Source: Eubacteriales bacterium (lineage in GTDB: Bacteria; Bacillota; Clostridia; Oscillospirales; JAAYXM01). Taken from it: DNA of 64,000 nucleotides. Location: positions 743 to 64,742 of the forward strand of contig JAZOAI010000033.1 in the NCBI GenBank assembly GCA_045595365.1, in the 5' to 3' direction. A program made the translations under genes and the position numbers. The first letter of the stretch is position 1. Each line of letters opens with the position of its first letter. The notes below the pieces were generated by a model that saw nothing but the letters and a program-made list of their open reading frames with translations, was not told where the DNA came from and searched no databases. Shown here piece after piece: positions 39,451 through 48,981 of this stretch.

Positions 39451-40824
39451 CTATCTCTCCGTTTCATCGCCTAGTATTTGCTCTATGCGACTTATTCCTT
39501 TATAAGTTGTTACCACTATAACCGTATCGCCTATCTGAATGCTGTCTTTACCGGTCGGAGTAAACGTTTTTCCGTTTCTTGTTATGCACGCAACAAGAGT
39601 CCCTTTTCTGATATTGAGTTCTGCAAAAGAAACGCCGACAACTTCCGATTTCTGACGTATGCGGAACTCAAGAGCTTCAACCCTGTCATCGACAATTCGA
39701 TGGAGCGATTCCATGCTCGCCTCCCATGAATTCTGCATAACGCGGACATAACGAAGAATGTGATCTGCGGTTATATGTTTTGGATAAACAACACTTCCGA
39801 TCTGCATTCCTTTCAAAACATCATCAAAATCGAAATGCTTAATTTTTGTTATAATTTTTGCATCAGGAACCTGCTGATAAGCATAAAGCGACATAAGAAC
39901 ATTCTGTTCATCAACACCTGTGAGGCTGAGAACTGCATCAGCATTCTCTATATGCTCCTCGTGGAGAAGATGATTGTTCGTTCCGTCACCGTGAATTATC
40001 ATCGCTTCAGGCAGAAGCTCGCTGAGCTCATCACATCGTGCCATATCAATCTCAATTATCTTGACGTCGAGCCCCGATTCAAGAAGCATTTTTGTGAGAT
40101 AGTATGTCAGCCGTCCTCCGCCAAGGATTACGACATTTTTTATCTTTGTCGTGACACCCCCGACTTTTGCAAAAAATTCGTTGGCAACTCTGATAGGTGC
40201 AACAAAGGATATGATATCCCCTGTCTTCAAAACGAAATCACCGGTAGGAACCACAACATCGTTCCCGCGCTCAACTGCACAGATAAACACCGTTGTCTTA
40301 AGCTTCGGCCGGAGCTGATGTATGCGAAGCTCATGAAGCTCGGAGCCCTCCGGAATTTCATACTTCATAATCTCAACTCTGCCCTTTGCAAATGTTTCAA
40401 CCTGAATTGCACTCGGGAAGCGGATAAGCCGCGATATTTCACGCGCTGCCGCACGCTCGGGATTTATATACAGGCTGAGCCCGAGGTCATCCTTGATTAT
40501 GTCTATCGCATCGGCATATATAGGATTCCGGACACGCGCAATCGTATTTTTCGCGCCAAGCTTTTTTGCAAGAAGGCAAGTGAGAAGATTCAGCTCATCC
40601 GAACGCATCATGGCGATAAGCAAATCGCAGTTTTCAACCTCTGCTTCCTTGAGAACTGCAACAGACTCTCCCTGACCGTGAACACACATAACATCAACCA
40701 TATTGCCTATTTCATCAAGCTTTTCAATATCCGTATCAATTACAACAATGCTGTGTTTTTCGGCAACAAGCTCTTTGACAAGCGTTGTTCCGACCTTTCC
40801 GCAGCCAACAATTACAATGTTCAA
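39451..40824 (-). CDS. trkA: Trk system NAD-binding subunit TrkA
   Basis: Two RCK/KTN halves, each with a Rossmann motif (IVGCGKVG and ILGGGRL). Confidence 0.9.
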   Translation of the reverse strand: MNIVIVGCGKVGTTLVKELVAEKHSIVVIDTDIEKLDEIGNMVDVMCVHGQGESVAVLKEAEVENCDLLIAMMRSDELNLLTCLLAKKLGAKNTIARVRNPIYADAIDIIKDDLGLSLYINPERAAAREISRLIRFPSAIQVETFAKGRVEIMKYEIPEGSELHELRIHQLRPKLKTTVFICAVERGNDVVVPTGDFVLKTGDIISFVAPIRVANEFFAKVGGVTTKIKNVVILGGGRLTYYLTKMLLESGLDVKIIEIDMARCDELSELLPEAMIIHGDGTNNHLLHEEHIENADAVLSLTGVDEQNVLMSLYAYQQVPDAKIITKIKHFDFDDVLKGMQIGSVVYPKHITADHILRYVRVMQNSWEASMESLHRIVDDRVEALEFRIRQKSEVVGVSFAELNIRKGTLVACITRNGKTFTPTGKDSIQIGDTVIVVTTYKGISRIEQILGDETER

Positions 40825-40908
40825 TTGTGACTCCCCTTATAAAGTTAATTTTGTTTTCTATTGTATCACTTTCGTTCTTATTTATCAATATGTTTTACTA
40901 TGATTTTG

Positions 40909-41718
40909 TCAAGCCAGGAACAAGGAGTTTTGTTTCAATAATTTCAAAGCATTTTTGTAATAAATCTTATCCCTGTCGTTTTGTGAGATATCCAAGGTTT
41001 CTATGAGCTGTTTTTCCCATGAGGGTCTGTGCCATGGCATATCAGATGCAAAAACAAGTCTGTCGGGCGTGTGCTTGTCCACAAGCTCCTGTGCAATTGC
41101 TTTTGGCATAGTGCCATAGCCGAAGGATAAGTCGAACCAGACATTTTCCCCGCAAAGCTTTTTGATAACCTCTAATCCACAGCTCACCCCACCCCAGTGA
41201 GCCGCGATTACAGGCGAATCAAACCACTTCAAAGCACCCCGAAGATTATCTGGCATACAATGATACGGCGGTGCATAACCATAATCATAGCCAGCATGAA
41301 AGACTGCTATAAGATCAAGCGACGAGATTTTTTTATAAATTGGCTTCATTTTTTCATCGTCAACGTAGAATTTCTGATACTCGGGGTGAAATTTAACGCC
41401 CTTTAGCCCCATTGCTTTAATACGTTCAAGCTCATCAAAAGCATCTTCTGCATCGGGGTGAACAGAGCCGAAAGCGAAAATAGATTTTTCATCATTAATT
41501 TCTTTTGCAAAATTATTCACATTCGTCTGCTGCTTTGGATTTGTGGCGATAGAAAGCACAACAGAAACATCTACACCGTCTTTTTTCATTTCACTCTTTA
41601 AGGATGGGAGAGTTCCCTGGCTTTGAGGCACAAGCCCGCCGCTGGCATATGACAGCTTTCCCATAGCCTTTGAGGCAATATCCTCCGGAAATGCGTGTGT
41701 ATGAAAATCAATAAGCAT
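40909..41718 (-). CDS. Metal-dependent amidohydrolase-fold (TIM-barrel) hydrolase
   Basis: MLIDFHTHAFP, VKFHPEYQ and FASDMPW motifs. The ATG at 41718 is preceded by GGAGACAGG. Confidence 0.65.
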   Translation of the reverse strand: MLIDFHTHAFPEDIASKAMGKLSYASGGLVPQSQGTLPSLKSEMKKDGVDVSVVLSIATNPKQQTNVNNFAKEINDEKSIFAFGSVHPDAEDAFDELERIKAMGLKGVKFHPEYQKFYVDDEKMKPIYKKISSLDLIAVFHAGYDYGYAPPYHCMPDNLRGALKWFDSPVIAAHWGGVSCGLEVIKKLCGENVWFDLSFGYGTMPKAIAQELVDKHTPDRLVFASDMPWHRPSWEKQLIETLDISQNDRDKIYYKNALKLLKQNSLFLA

Positions 41719-41937
41719 AATACCTGTCTCCATTGGTATAAAATTTCACTTCTGTTTATATAATCAATATTTATTTGCGCTTTCATTTTCGGCAGAATCA
41801 TTCTATCATAAAAGCATGTGCTTTTCAACTAAGGCCTTGCCGCCTTGGCGCCCGAAGTATGCAATTTTTCTATCCCCACAAGAAATGCAAAGAAGATAGA
41901 GCTTTGCATTTAGTTTGGCACTTCATTAGAAAGAAAA

Positions 41938-41965
41938 TTCAGGAAGGGCAAATTGCTCTTCCTGA
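41938..41965 (-). terminator. Rho-independent terminator ending the ligase-ilvE-oxidoreductase operon
   Basis: TTCAGGAAG-loop-CTTCCTGAA, followed on the minus strand by TTTTCTTTC. A second hairpin lies at 41883-41911. Confidence 0.65.
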
Positions 41966-41972
41966 ATAGTTT

Positions 41973-42506
41973 TTAGTCTTTATATTCGATTCCTGCGTTT
42001 ATCGCTTTGAGGTTTACCTCAAGGAGGTTTGCGCGCTTTGCGGAAACGACTTTTTTGAGTGAATCCTCAATATTATCGGTTCTCATTCCGCACTCCTTCA
42101 TAAGCTTGCCTGTGATAATCATATTGGCAAGAGTCGGAGCTTCCATCTCCTGCGCCATCTTTGTTGCAGGGATGTAGAAGACCTTTACATCATCACGAGC
42201 TACCTTGCGCTCAATAAGAGTAGAATCGACAAGGATGATGCCCCCCGGGACAACTGCATCCTCATACTTATCAAGCGAGGGAAGGTTCATTGCAACAAGA
42301 ACATCAGGGCTTGAAACTATCGGTGAGCCGACGGGGTCATCAGAGAGGATAACGCTGCAGTTTGCAGTTCCGCCGCGCATCTCCGGACCGTAAGACGGGA
42401 GCCAGCTGAGCTGTCTGCCCTCGAGAAGGCCTTTATATGCAAGAAACTTTCCTGCGAAAAGAATGCCCTGGCCGCCGAAGCCTGCCAAAAGAATTTGAGT
42501 TGTCAT
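41973..42506 (-). CDS. 2-oxoacid:ferredoxin oxidoreductase, gamma subunit
   Basis: [14 protein letters not shown]...[15 protein letters not shown] is the signature of POR/KOR/VOR gamma subunits. Confidence 0.8.
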   Translation of the reverse strand: MTTQILLAGFGGQGILFAGKFLAYKGLLEGRQLSWLPSYGPEMRGGTANCSVILSDDPVGSPIVSSPDVLVAMNLPSLDKYEDAVVPGGIILVDSTLIERKVARDDVKVFYIPATKMAQEMEAPTLANMIITGKLMKECGMRTDNIEDSLKKVVSAKRANLLEVNLKAINAGIEYKD

Positions 42507-42508
42507 AA

Positions 42509-43261
42509 TTATGCTTCCTCCTTCTCTGCGCTCTTGTCCTTATAAACTCCGAGCGGATAGTACGGAATCATATTGTCATCGACCCACTTGAGCGCATCGT
42601 TCGGTGTGAGCCCCCAGTTTGTTGGACAGGTGGAAACGACCTCGATAAGCGAGAAGCCCTTACCCTCTACCTGATTCTGGAATGCTTTGAGGATAGCCTT
42701 TCCTGCTGCCTTAACATTCTTAACGCTGTTGACTGCAACACGCTCGATATACTGCGGGCCGTCAAGCGTTGCGAGCATTTCGGAAACGCGAATCGGATAA
42801 CCTGCTGTGTTGACATCACGGCCGTACGGCGAGGTCTGTGTAACCTGGCCGGGAAGCGATGTCGGAGCCATCTGGCCTCCTGTCATACCGTAGATTGCGT
42901 TATTGACAAAGATGATTGTTATGTTTTCATTCCTTGCTGCGGCGTGGACAGTTTCTGCCATACCGATGGATGCAAGGTCGCCATCTCCCTGATATGTGAA
43001 GATTACATTCTCCGGAAACGCGCGTTTTAAGCCTGTTGCAACAGCGGGAGCGCGGCCGTGAGCCGCCTCGACCATATCGCATGAGAAATAATCATATGCC
43101 ATAACCGAGCATCCGACCGGAGCAACACCGATAGTTTTGCCCTCAACTCCGAGCTTATCTATTGCCTCTGCAACAAGGCGGTGAATAATACCGTGAGTGC
43201 AGCCCGGGCAGTAGTGAAGCGGTGCATCTGTAAGACTTTTCGGTTTTTCAAATACTACCAT
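42509..43261 (-). CDS. 2-oxoacid:ferredoxin oxidoreductase, beta (TPP-binding) subunit
   Basis: YCPGCTHGI, GDGD...IG, NNAIYGMTGGQ. Confidence 0.85.
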   Translation of the reverse strand: MVVFEKPKSLTDAPLHYCPGCTHGIIHRLVAEAIDKLGVEGKTIGVAPVGCSVMAYDYFSCDMVEAAHGRAPAVATGLKRAFPENVIFTYQGDGDLASIGMAETVHAAARNENITIIFVNNAIYGMTGGQMAPTSLPGQVTQTSPYGRDVNTAGYPIRVSEMLATLDGPQYIERVAVNSVKNVKAAGKAILKAFQNQVEGKGFSLIEVVSTCPTNWGLTPNDALKWVDDNMIPYYPLGVYKDKSAEKEEA

Positions 43262-44322
43262 TATTTGCTACCTCCCTTGACTTCCATAATTTTTGCAAGA
43301 ACTTCTTCCGGTGACGGAATCATACCGCCGACGCGGTTGCAGAGATATACCGGTTTTTTGCAATCTGTTGCAAGGCGGATATCCTCAATCATCTGACCCA
43401 TTGAAAGCTCAACGCTTATAAATGCCTTGACCTTATCGGCAGCTTCCGCAAGAGGCTTCTTCGGGAACGGCCATACTGTAATCGGGCGAATCATTCCGAC
43501 CTTTACGCCCTCCTTGCGAGCTGCAACGACTGCATTCTTCGCAACGCGGGCAGCGATGCCGAAAGCAACAACGCAGTATTCTGCATCGTCCATCATAAAG
43601 CTTTCATATCTTGCTTCATTCTCTTCAATCAGCTTATATCTCTCATATCTCTCGATATTCTTCTTCTCAAGCTCCTCGGGCTTTAAGTAGAGAGAGTTGA
43701 TGATGTTGTGTTCACGCTTGCAGCCGGTGCCTGTAACAGCCCAGTCCTTTTCTGATGAACCGTCATTCTCCTCGGGGAGAACAACAGGCTCCATCATCTG
43801 ACCCATGGTTCCGTCAGCAAGGAGCATTGCGGGCATACGGTATTTCTCCGCAAGCTCGAATGCAAGAGCTGTCATATCAGCCATTTCCTGAACGGATTCG
43901 GGAGTGAGAACTATTATGCGGTAGTCACCGTGGCCGCCGCCCTTTGTGGACTGGAAATAGTCCGACTGTGAAGGCTGAATTCCGCCAAGGCCCGGGCCTC
44001 CGCGCTGAACGTTTACGATAAGTGCGGGAAGGTCTGCACCTGCGATATAGGAGATACCCTCCTGCTTAAGTGAGATTCCGGGGCTTGAAGAGGATGTCAT
44101 AACACGCTTTCCCGTTCCCGCAACGCCATATACCATATTGATAGCGGAAATCTCGCTTTCTGCCTGGAGGAAGGTCCCTCCGATTTTCGGCATTTTCTTT
44201 GCCATATACGCCGCGACCTCTGTCTGCGGGGTTATAGGATATCCGAAGTAGTGGCGGCAGCCTGCACGGATAGCAGCTTCCGCAATAGCTTCGTTACCTT
44301 TCATTAAAACTTTTTCTGCCAT
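43261..44322 (-). CDS. 2-oxoacid:ferredoxin oxidoreductase, alpha subunit (VorB-like)
   Basis: MKGNEAIAEAAIRAGCRHYFGYPITPQTE..., 353 aa. Confidence 0.85.
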   Translation of the reverse strand: MAEKVLMKGNEAIAEAAIRAGCRHYFGYPITPQTEVAAYMAKKMPKIGGTFLQAESEISAINMVYGVAGTGKRVMTSSSSPGISLKQEGISYIAGADLPALIVNVQRGGPGLGGIQPSQSDYFQSTKGGGHGDYRIIVLTPESVQEMADMTALAFELAEKYRMPAMLLADGTMGQMMEPVVLPEENDGSSEKDWAVTGTGCKREHNIINSLYLKPEELEKKNIERYERYKLIEENEARYESFMMDDAEYCVVAFGIAARVAKNAVVAARKEGVKVGMIRPITVWPFPKKPLAEAADKVKAFISVELSMGQMIEDIRLATDCKKPVYLCNRVGGMIPSPEEVLAKIMEVKGGSK

Positions 44323-44335
44323 TTTACCTCACACC

Positions 44336-44542
44336 TCACTTTTCTACAGTAATTACACAGTCAGGGCACATTGTCGCGCAGAACGCACAACCAATGCACT
44401 TTTCCTGGTCTGTAATCTCTGCGGGAGAATGACCTTTTTTGTTGATTTTGTCTTTTGCAAGACGGATGATGCCCTTAGGGCAGGCTGTGACACAGAGACC
44501 GCAACCCTTACAGATGTCTGTGTCGAAGGTTACTTTTGCCAT
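44336..44542 (-). CDS. 2-oxoacid:ferredoxin oxidoreductase, delta subunit (2x[4Fe-4S] ferredoxin-like)
   Basis: Two CxxCxxCxxxCP motifs (CKGCGLCVTACP and CIGCAFCATMCP). Start at the ATG at 44542, 8 nt after AGAGGGG. Confidence 0.8.
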   Translation of the reverse strand: MAKVTFDTDICKGCGLCVTACPKGIIRLAKDKINKKGHSPAEITDQEKCIGCAFCATMCPDCVITVEK

Positions 44543-44559
44543 AAATAACACCCCTCTGT

Positions 44560-45228
44560 TTAAAATATTTTTTTCTGAAGCCGGAGAGGGAAAAATCTCC
44601 GGTTTTTATCCTTTTCGCATAAGCTCTCCATCGCCGTCGTCATAACAAGCGGAACGCCTGCAAGCTCTGATAACTCCTGCGCGAGGGCTTCTGTCTTTTC
44701 GATTGCTTCAATATCCGTTTCACTTCCGATATTGGAGTTGTTGACAATCCCCGTGAACGGAATTCCCGCAGCCGCTTCTATCTCGCGGAAAACCTCGTAT
44801 GCACTTTCTGCATCGCGAGTCAATGGGCGGAAGAAGTTTACGACAAACAGATTGTCAAAATCGTTTTCCTCAAGTATATACGGGCGATATCTCCCCAGCG
44901 CATAAGCTCCGCGGTCATCGCCGCCTATATCCATAACAACGCGGCAATCTCTGCGCTGAACAAGCCCATATACCTCCTGCGGAAGTGCCGGCAAATCAAC
45001 GCTCGTATTTGCAAACGGGAGTGCAACAACCTCGACTCCCGCCGCTTGGAGTTCTTCTAAGCTGTCCTTCGTGCGGAAGTATGGGTTTACCACGTCAATA
45101 TCAGCTATTGCAACCGCATCCCCCTGACTTTTCAGATAAAGCGCGAAGTTAACCGCGATATTCGTTTTTCCGCTGCCGTAGTGTCCGCAAAAAAGAGTTA
45201 TCCTCTTGTTTAAAGAATTACTGACCAA
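44560..45228 (-). CDS. P-loop NTPase of the MinD/ParA/CooC-like (SIMIBI) type
   Basis: A deviant Walker A motif, GHYGSGKTN, near the N-terminus, with DIGGD as a probable Walker B motif. TTG start overlapping the ilvE stop by 19 nt. Confidence 0.55.
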   Translation of the reverse strand: MVSNSLNKRITLFCGHYGSGKTNIAVNFALYLKSQGDAVAIADIDVVNPYFRTKDSLEELQAAGVEVVALPFANTSVDLPALPQEVYGLVQRRDCRVVMDIGGDDRGAYALGRYRPYILEENDFDNLFVVNFFRPLTRDAESAYEVFREIEAAAGIPFTGIVNNSNIGSETDIEAIEKTEALAQELSELAGVPLVMTTAMESLCEKDKNRRFFPLRLQKKIF

Positions 45229-46277
45229 TTGAACTTATCCTCGCATTCGCCCCACTGGATTCCTGTTATCGTGTCATAGAGTTTCTGGCTGACTTCGCCG
45301 ATTGTGTTGTTGTTTATGAGCATAACGTCATCCTTATAGCGAAGCTTGCCGACCGGAGAAATAACCGCAGCGGTTCCTGTTCCGAAGCACTCTTCGAGCT
45401 TGCCTGACTTCTGAGCATCAAGAAGCTCTTCAACGGAAATTTTTCTCTCCTCGACTTCATACCCCCAGGACTTGCAGACTTCGATTACGGAGTTTCTTGT
45501 AATACCCGGGAGGATGCTGCCGGAGAGCTCCGGGGTAACAATCTTGCCGGCAATCTTGAAGAAGATATTCATCGCGCCGACTTCTTCGATGTATTTTCTC
45601 TCAACACCGTCAAGCCAGAGAACCTGAGAATAGCCTTCATCGTGTGCCTTGACCTGAGCAGCTAAGCTTGCTGCGTAGTTTCCGCCTGTTTTTGCAAATC
45701 CCATACCGCCCTTGACAGCGCGGACATAGTCATCCTCAATCCAGATTCCGACAGGAGCAAGGCCACTTGCGTAATACGCGCCTGATGGTGAGAGGATTAT
45801 GATAAAGAGATATGTTTTTGACGGTGCAACACCGAGGAATTCGTCTGTCGCGATAATGAACGGGCGAATGTAGAGCGATGTACCTGGGGTAGTGGGAATC
45901 CAGTCCTCATCGACCTTGACAATAGCCTTGCAAGCCTCAACGAAGAGTTCTTCAGGAAGCTCAGGAATGCAGAGGCGCTTGTTTGTGGCGTTTGTGCGCT
46001 TTGCGTTCATATCGGGCCTGAAAAGGCGGGCTTTTCCGTCTTTTCCCCTGTATGCCTTAAGGCCTTCAAACATTTCCTGCCCATAGTGGAATACCATAGC
46101 GGAGGGGTCAAGGGAAAGCTTTTCATAAGGAACTATTCTTCCGTCATGCCAGCCCTTTCCTTCCGTGTAGTTCATTAAGAACATATGGTCGGTAAAGACC
46201 TTTCCGAAGCCGAGCTTTGACTCATCCTGCGGATGTGCCTTCGGAGTTGTTGTTTTTGTAACCGAAAAGTTATACAT
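45210..46277 (-). CDS. ilvE: Branched-chain-amino-acid aminotransferase
   Basis: FGKVFTDHMF, HYGQEMFEGLKAYR, TGGNYAASL and GTGTAAVISPV are typical of the 355-aa YbgE/YwaA-type IlvE. Confidence 0.9.
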   Translation of the reverse strand: MYNFSVTKTTTPKAHPQDESKLGFGKVFTDHMFLMNYTEGKGWHDGRIVPYEKLSLDPSAMVFHYGQEMFEGLKAYRGKDGKARLFRPDMNAKRTNATNKRLCIPELPEELFVEACKAIVKVDEDWIPTTPGTSLYIRPFIIATDEFLGVAPSKTYLFIIILSPSGAYYASGLAPVGIWIEDDYVRAVKGGMGFAKTGGNYAASLAAQVKAHDEGYSQVLWLDGVERKYIEEVGAMNIFFKIAGKIVTPELSGSILPGITRNSVIEVCKSWGYEVEERKISVEELLDAQKSGKLEECFGTGTAAVISPVGKLRYKDDVMLINNNTIGEVSQKLYDTITGIQWGECEDKFNWSVIL

Positions 46278-46318
46278 TATATATCTCTCCTTTATGTGAT
46301 AAATTTATATCCTTCTTA

Positions 46319-48607
46319 TTAAAGCTTGTTGCGCTGAATCTTTCCGCTTACCGTCTTCGGGAGACTCTCGCGGAAGACAACAAGACGCGGGTATTTATAT
46401 GGCGCGGTATGCTCTTTAACGTATGTCTGGATTTCCTTTTTGAGTTCCTCCGTCGGCTCTGTCCCCTTTGTGAGAACGATGCTTGCCTTAACTATCTGGC
46501 CGCGAACCTCGTCGGGAGCGGCGGAAACTCCGCACTCAAGAACATACGGAAGCTCCATAATAACGCTCTCAATTTCAAACGGGCCTATGCGATAGCCGGA
46601 GGATTTGATAACATCGTCAACACGGCCGACGTACCAATAGAAGCCGTCTTCATCGCGCCAGGCGGTATCGCCGGTGTGGTAGTAGCCGTCGTGGAGAACC
46701 TCAAGGGTTTTTTCCTCATCGCGGTAATAGCCTTTGAAGAGGCCGCAGGGATGCCCGTCTTTTACATTGATGACAATCTCGCCCGTCTCGCCAACTGCCA
46801 CCTCTTCGCCATTTTCGTTGATAAGCTCGACATTATATATGGGAGCCGGCTTACCCATAGAACCGATTTTGTGTGGCGCACCGACCATATTGCCTATAAT
46901 CATCGTGCTTTCTGTCTGCCCAAATCCCTCGATTATCTGAAGCCCTGTCGCCTTTTCAAACTGGCGGTAAACCTCAGGATTGAGAGCTTCGCCTGCCGTC
47001 GTCATATGCTTGACTGATGAGAAGTTGTATTTTGAAATATCTTCTTTGATCATCATCCGGAGCATTGTCGGAGGCGCGCAGAAGGTTGTTATATTATATT
47101 TCTCAAACATCGGAAGGATGTCTGATGCATCAAAGCGGTCAAAGTCGTAAACAAACACTGCTGCTTCGCAAAGCCACTGGCCGTAGAGTTTACCCCACAT
47201 CGACTTTGCCCAACCGGTTTCGGAGATTGTGAAATGAAGGCCGTCGGGGTCGACATTGTGCCAGTATTTCGCTGTATGGAAATGCCCGAGCGGATATTTG
47301 TGGCTGTGCGCCGCGATTTTCGGGTAGCCGGTAGTCCCTGATGTAAAGAACATAAGGAGAAGGTCATCTCCGCAGGGGGAATCTGCAGTCCGCTCAAAGT
47401 GAGAGCTAAAGAGCGTATACTCCTCGTCAAAGCATCTCCAACCGTCACGCTCACCGCCAACGATAATCTTGTTGAGAAGCTCGGGGCATGTTTTTGCCGC
47501 TTCATCTACCTGGTGAGCGGCATCTCCGTCTGCCGTGCAGATTACCGTGTTGACGCCTGCCGCCTGGAAGCGGTATTCAAAGTCGTGAACCTGCAGCTGA
47601 TTTGTAGCAGGGATTGCGATTGCGCCAAGCTTATTTAAACCTATCATCGCAAACCAGAACTGGTAATGACGCTTGAGGACCAGCATAACGCGGTCGCCCT
47701 TCTTGATTCCGAGAGACTTGAAGTAGTTCGCACATCTTGCAGATTCACGCTTTATATCCGCAAACGTAAAGCGGCGCTCCGTCTTGTTTATGTCAATATG
47801 TAGCATCGCAAGCTTTTCCGGCTCACGCTCGGCAAGCGCATCAACAAGGTCGAAGGCGAAGTTGAACCCGTCGGTGTTTTTGAACTTGATTGACGTCGGG
47901 GTTCCGTTTTCGTTTTCTTCGGTGTCGATATAGTTGCGGTAAATTCTCGTTTTTGTATCCTTCTTTACCTCGCGAACCTCGGAAATCGCCTTTGTCGGCG
48001 AAAGCTCAGGAATAGGCTCTCCGGAAGGATTGAGAACGATTGCGTAGAAAACACAATCCGCTCCGTTTGTCGCAATCATGCCGTGTGGCGTGTTACTGTC
48101 ATAGTATATGCTGTCACCGGGGCCGAGAATTTCGCGGTGGTCCCCTATCTGCACGAGCAGATGCCCCTCGACGATTATATCACACTCCTGGCCATCGTGA
48201 GAGGTGAGTTCAATATCAGACTCACTTATGCTATCGTCGTATGAAATTCTGACGTAAAGCGGCTCTGCGATTCGGTTCTGGAACGCATATGCTAGGTTAT
48301 AGTATGTCATCCCGTGAGCCTGGCCTATCTTCTGACCGAGACCTGACCGCGTAACCGTAAACGACTTGAGCGTCGGGCTCACGCCCTCAATAATGTCGGT
48401 AACATTGACGCGGAGAACTGTTGCACATCTGTAAATAAACGCAAAGTTTAAATCGCTCTCTCCCAGCTCGCAGCTGTTGTATTCCTCGACTGTCACTCCC
48501 GTAGCTGACGCCATTTCTTCGGGAGACAATCCCTCAATCTCGCGAAGCTCGCGTATGCGCGCCGCCATTTCTTTGATTTTGTAATCAAGCCCTGTCATTT
48601 TCGCCAT
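46319..48607 (-). CDS. XRE-HTH + cupin + AMP-forming acyl-CoA ligase fusion (paralog 1, behind the Val T-box)
   Basis: Residues ~10-75 form an HTH (IRELREIEGLSPEEMASATGVTVEEYNSCE). Residues ~120-190 form a cupin (DIIVEGHLLVQIGD...GDSIYYDSNTPHGM). The rest is an ANL adenylating enzyme (FFTSGTTGYPK, GFGQTE, YHTGD, SGKIQR). Confidence 0.8.
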   Translation of the reverse strand: MAKMTGLDYKIKEMAARIRELREIEGLSPEEMASATGVTVEEYNSCELGESDLNFAFIYRCATVLRVNVTDIIEGVSPTLKSFTVTRSGLGQKIGQAHGMTYYNLAYAFQNRIAEPLYVRISYDDSISESDIELTSHDGQECDIIVEGHLLVQIGDHREILGPGDSIYYDSNTPHGMIATNGADCVFYAIVLNPSGEPIPELSPTKAISEVREVKKDTKTRIYRNYIDTEENENGTPTSIKFKNTDGFNFAFDLVDALAEREPEKLAMLHIDINKTERRFTFADIKRESARCANYFKSLGIKKGDRVMLVLKRHYQFWFAMIGLNKLGAIAIPATNQLQVHDFEYRFQAAGVNTVICTADGDAAHQVDEAAKTCPELLNKIIVGGERDGWRCFDEEYTLFSSHFERTADSPCGDDLLLMFFTSGTTGYPKIAAHSHKYPLGHFHTAKYWHNVDPDGLHFTISETGWAKSMWGKLYGQWLCEAAVFVYDFDRFDASDILPMFEKYNITTFCAPPTMLRMMIKEDISKYNFSSVKHMTTAGEALNPEVYRQFEKATGLQIIEGFGQTESTMIIGNMVGAPHKIGSMGKPAPIYNVELINENGEEVAVGETGEIVINVKDGHPCGLFKGYYRDEEKTLEVLHDGYYHTGDTAWRDEDGFYWYVGRVDDVIKSSGYRIGPFEIESVIMELPYVLECGVSAAPDEVRGQIVKASIVLTKGTEPTEELKKEIQTYVKEHTAPYKYPRLVVFRESLPKTVSGKIQRNKL

Positions 48608-48636
48608 AATGGAACTCTCCTTCTTTCGGAACTAAG

Positions 48637-48922
48637 AAAAAACACTCGTCCCAAAGTTGATAATCCTTGAGACGAGTGAGATAAACAATACACCCGCGGT
48701 ACCACTCAAATTGTGCAAAAAATGCACCGCTCAGGCTCTACTAAGCCTTATGCCTTTACGCAGCAATCACGGAAAGGTTCTACTGACCGAAATGATTCGG
48801 ATTTCTTCCTCTCAGCTCAGAAGCTACAACCGCAAAGCACGTGCCAGATAGCTCACACCAACCGCTACCTCTCTGAAAGCCCGTTCTCCTTGCGCACTCT
48901 TCGTCAAAGCTTTTAATAATTT
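48637..48922 (-). promoter_or_regulatory. T-box leader, specifier read as GUA (Val)
   Basis: On the minus strand: K-turn and helix (GAAG/CUUC), AGAGAG bulge, distal loop GGUUGGUGUGA, specifier loop 3' side GUU-GUA-G (codon at 48827-48825), T-box AGTGGTACCGCGGG, and terminator CACTCGTCTCAA/TTGGGACGAGTG plus T6. Confidence 0.75.
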
Positions 48923-48928
48923 GTGTTT

Positions 48929-48957
48929 ATTATATATCAACTTTCAAGCTTTGTCAA
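48929..48957 (-). promoter_or_regulatory. Consensus sigma-A promoter for the Val T-box unit
   Basis: TTGACA (48957-48952), 17 nt, then TATAAT (48934-48929). Confidence 0.6.
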
Positions 48958-48981
48958 CCCTTTTCGGAGACATTTACGCCA

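Noticed and set aside
39760-40830. A 356-aa plus-strand ORF
   Set aside because: It is antisense to trkA, whose two Rossmann/RCK halves are unmistakable. The translation is Cys/Asn/Phe-rich with no motif. The same reasoning applies to the antisense ORFs at 24773-25387, 27811-28476, 51720-52439, 56750-57454 and 21494-22063.
41973-46277. Reading the ilvE + oxidoreductase genes as a catabolic (Stickland-type, BCAA to branched-chain fatty acid) pathway
   Set aside because: I consider this less likely. The cluster is induced through T-boxes, that is, by amino-acid shortage. The acyl-CoA step is provided by AMP-forming ligases, not by phosphotransacylase/kinase or CoA-transferase genes that would conserve energy in the catabolic direction. 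It is not excluded without experiments.
48781-48840. Alternative specifier readings in the Val leader (GAA-GAA-A or GAA-AUC-C at about 48806-48812; UGU offset by one at about 48826-48828)
   Set aside because: The GAA-containing stretch lies 3' of the CUUC-UGA-GCU closing helix and K-turn, so it is outside Stem I. The offset UGU (Cys) reading would leave two unpaired bases before the helix and does not fit the paralogous Ile leader. GUA plus a purine matches the canonical geometry.
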